A stretch of 64,000 nucleotides of DNA from Minisyncoccia bacterium (lineage in GTDB: Bacteria > Patescibacteriota > Minisyncoccia > Phycocordibacterales > UBA9973). Location of the stretch: contig CBFHKH010000001.1 of NCBI GenBank assembly GCA_965656375.1, positions 13,432 to 77,431 of the forward strand, in the 5' to 3' direction. This document shows, one piece after another, positions 9,883-20,100 of the stretch. A model generated the notes under the pieces. That model ran no database searches, was not told where the DNA came from, and worked only from the letters and a program-made list of their open reading frames with translations. Numbering within the stretch: the first letter of the stretch is position 1; each line of letters begins with the position of its first letter. A program made the translations under genes and the position numbers.

Positions 9883-10860
9883 GTGAACTTACATACATAT
9901 AAAAAAATAGTTTTCTCAATTGGGGTATTTGCGCTTTTTTCAATAGCCGGAGGATTGATATACGCCGCTGAGAGGACAACCATAACAACTGAAGATTTCA
10001 ATGACTTCGTTGTAGAACCAGGTAGAACTGAAGTGCTTCTTGATCCTGGTCAGCATATTACAAAATACGTAAGTATTACGAACCGTATTAACAAAACTGT
10101 TAACTATGTTCTTACGAAAGAGGACTTAGTTGGAAGTAACGATCCTGATTCTCCGGTTAAACTTCTTGGTAATGAAACAGGACCATATTCTCTAAAAGAT
10201 TTTATAACTCCTGAGATAAATACTTTTAGCCTTAAATTCGGAGAGAAGATTACTATTGCTGTTGATATTTCAGTACCAGAGAAAGCTGAACCACGCGGAC
10301 ATTACGGCGCGCTTATCATTTCTACAACACCAAGTCTTAATGCAGATGGAACAGTCGCTGAAGAAGCAAAAGGAGGTGCACGTATTGTTTCGCGTATTGG
10401 CTCACTGTTTCTCGTTAAGGTAAATGGAGAGGGAAGACAAGAAGCATCGCTTCATGATTTTAAAACAATTGGTCCAAAGCGGTTAATTTTTAGCCATCCA
10501 CCAGAGGGTTTTGAAGTTGCACTTAAAAATACTGGTACGGTTCACCTTGTTCCGTACGGTACAGTAACAATTAAGAACATGGTAGGAAAGACTGTTGATA
10601 TACTACCGATAAATGCATATTTCTCACTTCCAGATTCAATACGATATATACAAACGCCGTGGGATAAAAAATTTGGTTTCGGCCGGTATACCGCTGATCT
10701 ATCGCTCTACCGTGGGTATGAGGGTGAAAACTTAGAATCGAAAATCGCCTTTTGGATTCTTCCATGGAAGATAATAATTCTTGCTATTGTCGTAATATTG
10801 ATCTTAGTTTCTATCTTCTATTATATTTCTACTCGATTTGAACTTAAAAAGAAAGGCTAA
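9883..10860 (+). CDS. Membrane-anchored DUF916/DUF3324-like (WxL-partner or chaperone-like) protein
   Basis: Signal peptide; VVEPGRTEV, G-HYGALI, KNTGTVHLVPYG, FGRYTA; C-terminal TM (ILPWKIIIL) and basic tail. Confidence 0.6.
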   Translation: MNLHTYKKIVFSIGVFALFSIAGGLIYAAERTTITTEDFNDFVVEPGRTEVLLDPGQHITKYVSITNRINKTVNYVLTKEDLVGSNDPDSPVKLLGNETGPYSLKDFITPEINTFSLKFGEKITIAVDISVPEKAEPRGHYGALIISTTPSLNADGTVAEEAKGGARIVSRIGSLFLVKVNGEGRQEASLHDFKTIGPKRLIFSHPPEGFEVALKNTGTVHLVPYGTVTIKNMVGKTVDILPINAYFSLPDSIRYIQTPWDKKFGFGRYTADLSLYRGYEGENLESKIAFWILPWKIIILAIVVILILVSIFYYISTRFELKKKG

Positions 10861-10870
10861 TTCTACTGTG

Positions 10871-11647
10871 ATGAGAGTGTATACCACTACTAAAAAAAGT
10901 ATTCGTTTTTACGTAATACTTTTTTTAGTAGCAAGCACTACTCTTATCCCATGTTTATCTGTAACTGCGTATGTCATGGGGAGTGGTGCGTATCAAATTC
11001 AATCTGATAGCATTAACGTCGGAGGACTCTCGTCAACATCTACAAACTATGGTCTCAATGATACGCAAGGAGAGGTAGGAACAGGCTACTCAAACAGTTC
11101 AAATTATTATATGCATGCCGGGTACTGGCAGATACAAGATAGTTATATATCAATTTCTTCACCTGCAGATATCGCACTCTCTTCTATCTCTGGACTTACT
11201 GGTGGCGGTTCAGAAGGAACTGCAGCATGGACTGTTATTACTGATAATGTGGCAGGATATTCAATGACGATACAGACGAGCACTACTCCAGCACTCAAAT
11301 CGACCTCCGATTCATTTGCAAACTACACACCGAGTGGTGGGAATCCTGATTATCTATTTACGAATGCATCAGCGAATTCTTCATTTGGGTTTTCACCAGA
11401 AGGTTCTGATGTAATTACTCGCTTCAAAGATAACGGTTCAGCATGTAATACTGGAACGTCCGAAACTAGCTCTCGCTGTTGGGATGGATTATCAACGAGC
11501 GCGGCAAATATTGCAGGAAGTAGTACCAGTAACCACCCAGGTGGCACGCCTACCACGGTTCGCTTCAGAGCTGAATCAGGAGCAACTCATATACAGACCG
11601 CTGGTGCGTACTCTGCGACTGTAACGGTAACAGCAACTACGCTATAA
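10871..11647 (+). CDS. Second WxL-like / pilin-like surface protein, paralogue of 9201..9860
   Basis: Shares SPAD, V-x-T-x3-GY, PAL-x-S, SFA-x-YTP, FG(F/Y)S and AG-x-Y-x-AT(V/I)T-x-TAT with 9201..9860; extra N-terminal S-x-NY motif region. Confidence 0.6.
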   Translation: MRVYTTTKKSIRFYVILFLVASTTLIPCLSVTAYVMGSGAYQIQSDSINVGGLSSTSTNYGLNDTQGEVGTGYSNSSNYYMHAGYWQIQDSYISISSPADIALSSISGLTGGGSEGTAAWTVITDNVAGYSMTIQTSTTPALKSTSDSFANYTPSGGNPDYLFTNASANSSFGFSPEGSDVITRFKDNGSACNTGTSETSSRCWDGLSTSAANIAGSSTSNHPGGTPTTVRFRAESGATHIQTAGAYSATVTVTATTL

Positions 11648-11654
11648 TACAGTA

Positions 11655-13604
11655 ATGAAATCTCTATACCGGACACTTCCTCTTTCTATAGTCATCCTTT
11701 TTGCCAGTATAAGCATTGCTTCTGCTGCAACGAGCACTTTCCCAGTACGTCTCAATGTCCAAGGATGTAACAATAACGGTATCTGTGAAGCAGTGCTCGG
11801 CGAAGACACTAGCAGTTGTCCAGCTGATTGCCATACAGGACCTCCTGGCGATGATGGTGGGGGTGGTGGAGGTTCTCCAAACTATTTTTATGACATACGA
11901 GTAACTCCGACGCAAACAGGTGCGTATTTTGATTGGAAGAGTCGATTTCCTGCACTCTCAACGCTCAAGTGGGGACTAACGACTGATTATGCGCTTGGCT
12001 CTACCCAAGAAACAATGTATTCTGCAACGCATACATCTTTTATTCAAAATTTACTAACTAATACTCGCTACTATTTTAAAATCGAAGGTCAAAATACTGA
12101 TCGTACTACAGTTCCAGCATATGTTAGTTTTTTTAATACCCTCCGCGTTCCTGATGATACACGACCGTCTCCTCCAACAGATTTTATAGCTACACCAAAC
12201 ATCGCTACGAATACCATCACTCTTACTTGGCACAATCCAACTGATTCTAATTTTAATTATGTACGTATAGTGAGAAACAGGGAGACAGGGAATACAAGTC
12301 CATTCCTTGGCCAGATTATATATGAGGGAAATCTTGAGTACGCAATAGATAGAGATATCTTTGTATTTACTCGATATTTTTATACTATTTTTGCCCGCAC
12401 AACAGAGGGCGAATTTTCTTCTGGTGTTGAAGCAAACGCTATGGTGAGTCCTATTTCTATTGATCAGTGTATCCTCAATCCGTCATCATGTGTGCCACCT
12501 CCGAATCCATGCACACTCAATCCATCATCATGTATTAATCCACCAGACCCATGTCTCTCAAATCCTTCGTTATGCACCACTCCACCTACAGATCCATGCC
12601 TAGCAGCTCCGTCACCATGCACTACAGAGCCTATCGATCTACCAGTTAAAGAAGTACCAAATATCGTAACCCTTACTCCGTCTATTGCTGTTGGTCTCAG
12701 TGTCTTACTCTCAACACTATCCGCATTGCTTTCAGGATCATTTGCATTTGGAGAAATAGGATTCTTACTCTTACGATTGTGGTCACTTCTCCTCATTGCA
12801 TTTGGACTCAAGAAACGTACTCCACCGTGGGGTGTCGTGTATGATAGCGTTACCAAGCAACCACTTGATCCGGCGTATGTCGTTCTTCTTGATAAGAATG
12901 GAAATGAAGTTGCAAGTTGTATTACAGATTTGGATGGACGATACGGATTCGTAGCAGAGCCTGGAGTCTATACAATCGTTGCTACCAAAACTAATTATTC
13001 ATTTCCATCTAGAAAGCTCCATGGCATGAGAGGGGATGAGCTCTATGGTAATTTATATTTTGGTCACGATATCGAAATTACAAAAAGTGGATCAATCATT
13101 GCAAGTAATATTCCGCTCGATCCTATTAACTTCGACTGGAACGAATTTGCGAAAAGAGATCAGCATCTTATGAAATTCTTCAATGCTCGAGATGTGTGGC
13201 TCGGTAGACTTTCAAACGTACTATTTTGGGCAGGGTCACTGTTCTCTGTATATGCAGTTATCGTGAGCCCTACAGGGTACAATATCGCAATTGTAGGACT
13301 TTCTCTTTTTGTATATATACTGCGAACTCTTGGATTGCAGAGTTATCCAAAAGGATCAATTTTTGAAGGTCTAACTAAGAATCCGCTTCCATTCTCAATC
13401 TTGCGCGTCTACGGGGAAGGTAGTACAAACGAACTCTATCACAAAGTTGCTGATCGAACAGGTAGATATTATGCAATTGTGCCAAATGGTAAATATCGAG
13501 CTATAATTGAAAAGAAAAATGCCGATGAATCATATACAAAGATTCCAGTTTCTGAACCTGTTTCAGTAACCAGAGGCTATCTCAAAAAGAATTTTAAGAT
13601 CTAA
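11655..13604 (+). CDS. Multi-domain surface/membrane protein: Cys motif, FN3-like domains, Cys/Pro repeats, TM helices, two carboxypeptidase-regulatory-like domains
   Basis: CNNNGICE..CPADC; FN3-like W...Y(YF) patterns; about 5 PxPC-x-x-NPSxC repeats; GVVYDS..PL..TDLDGRYGF and ADRTGRYY. Confidence 0.7.
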   Translation: MKSLYRTLPLSIVILFASISIASAATSTFPVRLNVQGCNNNGICEAVLGEDTSSCPADCHTGPPGDDGGGGGGSPNYFYDIRVTPTQTGAYFDWKSRFPALSTLKWGLTTDYALGSTQETMYSATHTSFIQNLLTNTRYYFKIEGQNTDRTTVPAYVSFFNTLRVPDDTRPSPPTDFIATPNIATNTITLTWHNPTDSNFNYVRIVRNRETGNTSPFLGQIIYEGNLEYAIDRDIFVFTRYFYTIFARTTEGEFSSGVEANAMVSPISIDQCILNPSSCVPPPNPCTLNPSSCINPPDPCLSNPSLCTTPPTDPCLAAPSPCTTEPIDLPVKEVPNIVTLTPSIAVGLSVLLSTLSALLSGSFAFGEIGFLLLRLWSLLLIAFGLKKRTPPWGVVYDSVTKQPLDPAYVVLLDKNGNEVASCITDLDGRYGFVAEPGVYTIVATKTNYSFPSRKLHGMRGDELYGNLYFGHDIEITKSGSIIASNIPLDPINFDWNEFAKRDQHLMKFFNARDVWLGRLSNVLFWAGSLFSVYAVIVSPTGYNIAIVGLSLFVYILRTLGLQSYPKGSIFEGLTKNPLPFSILRVYGEGSTNELYHKVADRTGRYYAIVPNGKYRAIIEKKNADESYTKIPVSEPVSVTRGYLKKNFKI

Positions 13605-13692
13605 ATCACCCATATATCTACGTGTGGATAACTTAATCTTTTTATTAGCATAAAAAGATTATTTTAGCTATACTGTATATAGTTATTTTTGT

Positions 13693-13739
13693 TATATCGT
13701 CTATCCGATACACTCATTCTTTCTATATCGTCTATCCGA
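13693..13739 (+). promoter_or_regulatory. Candidate operator: two 16-bp direct repeats TATATCGTCTATCCGA
   Basis: Exact copies at 13693-13708 and 13724-13739 (31-bp period), just upstream of the HTH gene. Confidence 0.6.
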
Positions 13740-13764
13740 GATAGCCTTATAATATATAGCTTAT

Positions 13765-14121
13765 ATGGAATCTCTTAAAAAAATTATAAATTTAAGCGAA
13801 GCAGCAAAAATGAGCGGCTATACTCAAGACTATTTGGGCTATCTGATTCGCACGGGCGAGATGAAAGGCAAGAAGCTTGGTAGGAACTGGGTCACCACTC
13901 AGGAAGAACTCAATAATTACATTTTTAAGAGAAAAATTCGCCAAAATGAGCTCGCGTTAAACTATTTTGTCTCAAAGCGCCGTATCAAAAGTATCATCAC
14001 TATTTCTATTATCTTACTGATTATAGTCACCTCGATAGTGATGGTTTCTCAAAGCGAGAAAACTCCTGTCACGCTTCAAACTGAACTTTCGAATACGGTG
14101 GAAGCAACAACTACTAATTAA
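13765..14121 (+). CDS. Excisionase/MerR-like (HTH_17) DNA-binding domain with C-terminal TM helix
   Basis: INLSEAAKMSGYTQDYLGYLIRTGEMKGKKLGRNWVT followed by hydrophobic IITISIILLIIVTSIVMV. Confidence 0.8.
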   Translation: MESLKKIINLSEAAKMSGYTQDYLGYLIRTGEMKGKKLGRNWVTTQEELNNYIFKRKIRQNELALNYFVSKRRIKSIITISIILLIIVTSIVMVSQSEKTPVTLQTELSNTVEATTTN

Positions 14122-14123
14122 TA

Positions 14124-17100
14124 ATGGAATCTTTAATTAAAAACGTAAAAAAAACTGTTGTTAAAAAAAAGATCTCTGTAGTATTTCTTGTGCTACTCAT
14201 AGTTTTCTCAATCTCATACTCCGCTACGAACGCAGCATTTAATAAACAAATAAATTACCAAGGAAAACTTACAACATCTGTAGGGGTGGCTGTTGCAAAT
14301 GGAACATATAACATGGAGTTCAAACTCTATACTGTAAGTTCTGGTGGAACTGCTGTATGGACAGAAACAAGAACTGGTGCTGATAAAGTTCAAGTGACAA
14401 GCGGACTTTTCTCAGTACTTCTTGGTGAAGTAACATCACTCTCAGGAGTCGACTTCAATCAGACGCTTTATCTAGGAGTCAACATCGGAGGTACTGGTTC
14501 TCCAGCTTGGGATGGAGAAATGACTCCACGAAAAAAATTGGGTGCTGTACCTGCTGCAGTAGAAAGTGAACGGGTGGGTGGCTTTACACCTGCGCAATCA
14601 GCGAGTGGAAGTCAAATCCCAGTGCTCACATCTGATGCGATTATTTTAAGTGGTAGCGCAGCAGGCCTTACTGGCACATCTGCAAATGTTCTCAAGCTTC
14701 AAGGTGGATCGACGGGCGATATACAGTTTTTTGGAGCAACAAATAAAATTTCAAATGCTGGTATGCTTACACTTGCTGGAGGCATTACTGTCACGCCCTT
14801 CACTGCTGCAAACGGCGTCGTCTATGCCACAAGTTCTGGGGTACTTACACAAACTGCTGCATCATCCGGTGCATCATGTCTCATCTCAGCATCGGCTGGT
14901 GCTGCACCGACGTGGGGAGCGTGTACGGCTGGAGGATACTGGTCCCGTTCTGGAACCACAGTCAGTCCGAGTACAATTACCGATAAAGTAAATATCGGCA
15001 ATGCAACAGATCAGGGAAGTTACATATTGCAAGTCACCGGAGATCAGTACCTCGATGGAAAACTTCATCTAAAAAATACTGATATTCAAGAAATGGGAAC
15101 GCGATCCATTTCAATCGGGGCAGATATACCAAGTGTCACGGACAGCTTCTTTTTTGGACAAAATGCTGCAACTTCTGCAACTGGAGCGAGCAACTCAAAT
15201 TTTTTAGGTAACAACGCAGGATATACTGCTACGTATGCTCAAAACTCAAACTTTTTGGGCAATAGAGCAGGGTACGCTGCAACTTCTGCAAGTGGTTCAA
15301 ATTTCTTTGGTTATAGTGCTGGAGAAAGCGCATCCTCTGCAAGTGGTTCAAATTTTTTTGGTACTAGTGCTGGAAACGGAGCTACTAGCGCTGCCGAATC
15401 GAACTTCCTAGGCTCATATGCAGGCGGCAGTGCGTCGTCAGCTTCATTTTCAAACTTTTTAGGATACGCAGCCGGCTATCAGGCAACGAGCGCACTCCGC
15501 TCAAACTTTTTCGGTAATAGCGCAGGACAAGGTGCTTCAAATGCGTCGTATTCAAATTTTATAGGATACTTGGCTGGAAAAACTTTTTCGGGAAATAATG
15601 TCGGGTCAAACAATATAATCATCGGTACCAACATTTCTCTTCCAAATGCTGCTGCAAATTCCATCAATATCGGAGGAATCCTTTTTGGAACCGGTACCTA
15701 TGCAACTACGACAGGTAATGCATCGATTGTTCCAGTTGCGGCAGGAAATATTGGTATCGGCGTAGTATCCCCGACAGCTCGCCTTCATCTTGCAGCAGGT
15801 ACTGCCACTGCAAACACTGCTCCGCTTAAATTTACAACTGGTACGGCACTTACCACGCCTGAAGACGGATCAGTAGAATATCACAGCTCACACTTATACT
15901 TTACAATTGGTTCGACTCGATATCAGCTTGACCAACAAGCAGCCGGAGGAGGAGTGCATCTTGATCAGATAGCTGCAGCGCTTGCTTCTAATGGATCGGG
16001 TATTGATAACTTAAACTATGCACAAACCTGGAATTGGTCTACCGCTACAACTCAAACCCCACTCACACTCACTGCAAACGGTTTAACAACGGGAAGTATC
16101 CTCTCCCTTACTTCAAGTTCTGCTTCAGCAACAACTGGTCAGAAAGGATTGAATGTTGCACTTACTGGTGCACTCACTGGAGCACAGACAACCTATGGTG
16201 GATATTTCTCAAATGCTCGTACTGGTGCAAGTGCGGTTAATGTCGGTCTCTATGCAACTGCATCGGCAGCAGGTACAAACTATGCTGCAATCTTTGATCA
16301 AGGGAATGTGGGGATTGGGACGACGACACCTGCTTCTAAATTAGATATTGCGGGAACCATTACTACCAACGGAGACACTGTCTCAAATCTGGTAGCCACG
16401 GTGAGTAATATGAATGGCGGTACTCTATATGGTTCAAAGATTGCGCTCACTGCTGGAAGCGGTGCAGGTGCAGGTGGGGCGATTGTAGCAAATAACATCA
16501 GTACGACCTTGTCTGGAACTACCAACTTACCAAGTAGTATTGTTGGTTTGGCAACTCAGACTAATCACGGAGCGGCGTCAGGTACCCTCACAAACCAGGT
16601 TGAATATCAGACAGGACCTTCAGTGACAGGTGGTGCGACAACGACAACATTGCAGCATATCAGCTTGAGAGATGTCTTTACTTCAACAGGAGGTACGGTT
16701 ACCAACCAATACGGCCTGTACATCAATGGATTAACTGCCGCAGCTACTAACTACGGCATATATTTTGCAAACACACCCAATGGTGGCTCGATTACTTCTG
16801 GTGCTTCAACAGACATCGCAATTATACCTGGTGCTGGTGGCAACGTCGGTATAGGTGACACAACTCCAGCGTCACTCTTCACCGTCGGTTCAGGTGACCT
16901 ATTCCAGATCAACTCTTCTGGTAATGTCGCTGCTATAGGCGGCGCGGCACATACGATTGCAAATTCTTCTGGTGCACTCAGCATTGATGCTGCATCCTCA
17001 GGTGCCTTGAATTTGAACAACACAGGAACCGGCGACGTTCTCCTTGCAGGAGGTTCAGCAGCAACAGGTTGTACGGTTGCAAACTCAACTGGAAACCTCA

Positions 17101-20100
17101 CGTGTTCTGGTAACATCATCGGTGGAACTACTGGTACTATCGGCTACTGGGCACGTAACAATTCTACTTTTACCCTCACTCCTGCAACTGCAAACGACAT
17201 AATTTCAATTTCAACAAATTTAACCACTGCATCCAACAAAGCAATCGAAGGCCTCCAGACTGGCGCGACATCTGGCACGGACTACGCCGGCTATTTCTCA
17301 AACACTGGCGCAGCCACAACAAATGTTGGTTTGTATGCGACTGCAAGTGGAGGAACGAACAACTACGCAGCGATATTTGACCAAGGGAATGTTGGGATTG
17401 GGACAACGACACCAAATGCTTCATATGAATTACAAATAGGAAATGGTTCAGGGTCAGCTACAGGGCGAATCCTTCTTAGTGGAAATGGTGATGATGAACA
17501 TATAATGTTTGCTAATAGTGGAGGTAACCGCTTTCGGATTGGTCAAAACGGAACGGTTCTTGGCTTCGTAAGCCAAGGAACTGGTGTTGGAGGTGTCGGG
17601 CAGTCATTCTTATTTACTGGTGGTACTCCTGATACGAGTCACCAAGGTTCCTTGTTTAAGATAAGTGGTACATTTAATCAGGCAGCACAGGTAACTGATG
17701 GCTTGCTTGTAAATATTACTAACACTGCTTCAGCTGCTGGTTCGAGTCTTGCTAATTTCCAAATCGGAGGCTCTTCAAAATTCTTTATTGATGCCAATAA
17801 CGGCAACGTCGGTATCGGGACGGCAACACCAGGACAAAAATTACAAGTTGAAGGTGATGTTAGTATCACTCGTTCATCGTTTTCTAGTACTCATCAAATT
17901 CAAATAAACAATGGAGGTAATACTATCGGTATCGGTTTTAATTCACCTGTCTCAACTCTCGACATTATTGGTTCAAGTGGAAGCCAGGCATACATTGTTT
18001 CTAATAATGCTGCGCTTAATGTCGGTAACCGCTCAACGGGACCAATTAATTTTGTCACACAGAGCGCTTCAGGAACAAAATGGCAAATAACTTCAGCTGG
18101 TAACTTTATTACTGGTGCTGACAACAGTTACGATATAGGAGCAAGTGGTGCAACAAGACCTAGAACTGGATATTTCGGTAGCACTGTCGTTGTAGGTGCA
18201 TCTCAAATTAAAACACTCTCATCAACAGGCTATTATGTGGCTACGAGGGGTTCATTGCAAAATCCATCTGATGGTGTTTGGCTAATTACTGATGCAGCTG
18301 AAACAAGTTTCGGTCGCCTTCAACTTGGCGGGACTACATCTAGTTTCCCAGCAATCAAGCGAAACGGTACAGCAATAAACTTCAGGCTCGCTGATGACTC
18401 GGCCGACACTACAATCACCGCATCTGGCGCGACGCTCTCGACAGCTCCGACTACTTCTGCGGGAAGTTACGACATCATCACTCGAAACTCTTCAACTGGA
18501 GTATTAGAAAAAATATCTAGCACTGCTATGCCAGGTGGATCAGGTACCACAAACTATGTTGCTCGTTGGACGGGAACAAATACACTTGGCACTGGAGTAC
18601 TCTATGATAACAATACAAGTGTTGCTATTAGTGATACATCGACTGATAGTGTCGGGGCAAAATTATTCGTTAATGGTGCAATCTCGGCAGTAGGAACTAT
18701 CAGATCATTTGCTGCGAAAGATACTTATAATGTTGCTATCAGTTCAAACAGTATCAATGCCTATAACTATACTAACCCTAGCGGCCAAGGACTCAGTATT
18801 TTGAATGTGAGTACGGGGAATCTCGCTTTAGTAGGCGGAGGCGGAAACGTTGGCATCGGCAATGCTTCCCCATCGGGACTTCTCTCGCTCGCTGGCAACC
18901 GTACTGCTTTAGCGTGGGGCACAACAGGTATTAATTTTCAGACTGCTGCAGCGACTTACACTGACAGTTCGTCTTCAGGAACAGTTGCAAGCGTAGTTGC
19001 AAATTCTTTTGGAGTTCCAACATTCGCAGCATCATCAGCGACGACATACACTGCTGCATCAAATGTCTACATCGCTGGAGCACCAAGTGCTGGGACTAAT
19101 GTCACGATCACAAAAGGATACGCGCTTGATGTTAATGGTCCAACAAGAATAAAAACAAACTCTGGAAGCGCAACAGGACTAACGCTCACAAGTACTGGAA
19201 CTATAAACTGGAGATTTGGAAATGTGGCGACAAATGATTTTGGTCTATTTGCTCCAACAAGTGCAGGTGGAGAAGTTGCACTCCTTAACTTTACAGATTA
19301 TACCGACGCTTCTGTGCCAGTTTTGAGATTTGGAGGAGGTATTGCTGCATATGGATTCAATCCATATTGGGGCATTAATACAACGGGTGCAGGTACAAAC
19401 TATAGTAGTGATTTTGTTGTGAAGTCTTTTGGATCAACTCATGTGACTTCGGTTTCTAATTCCTCGAATGTACTTACACAGTGGGTTAATAGTAATGGTG
19501 ATGGATACTTTGCAGGCAACGTAGGTATTGCGAATACAAGTCCGACAGCGAAGCTTGATATAACATCGACCCAGACAGCGACAGCGAACAGCCAAGTGCT
19601 CGGAGTCAATCTAACAGGAACACTTACTGCACGTGCTACTGCGTCAGATACGCTCTATTCGATGCGCAACACTCAAGTATTAACTGCTGCGGCGAACAAT
19701 CAAAATCTTGTCGGATTGTCTATTGCTCCTACTTATTCTTTAGGAGCTTTTACTGGAACAACTATGTTCCCCCTTGATGTTGTAGGCTCTGCAGGCGCAA
19801 GAGTTAGAGTCAAAGCATTATCAAACGGCAATGTTGAATTACAAGTAGGTGATCCTACAGGAGGTGGCAATGGTGGCAATATAAGATGGTTACGTCCTTC
19901 TGGTGGCGCAGATGGACCAACAATATCTTTCGGTAATGCTGACTTAGCTTTCGATAATCCAGGTTATGGAGGATTTGTATTTACCGCTACTTTAGGAGCT
20001 TCTATGTCTGTATTAAAATTAACAAATACTCCTTATGCAGCAGGTACAGCTACAACTAATCATCCATTATTTTATAGAAATGGCGGTACAGCACCGACGA

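Noticed and set aside
13693-13739. Mini CRISPR array
   Set aside because: Only two 16-bp repeats with a 15-bp spacer, and no cas genes in the window
13765-14135. HTH gene and giant gene both start ATGGAATCT (MESL)
   Set aside because: Too short to distinguish from chance or a start-context preference
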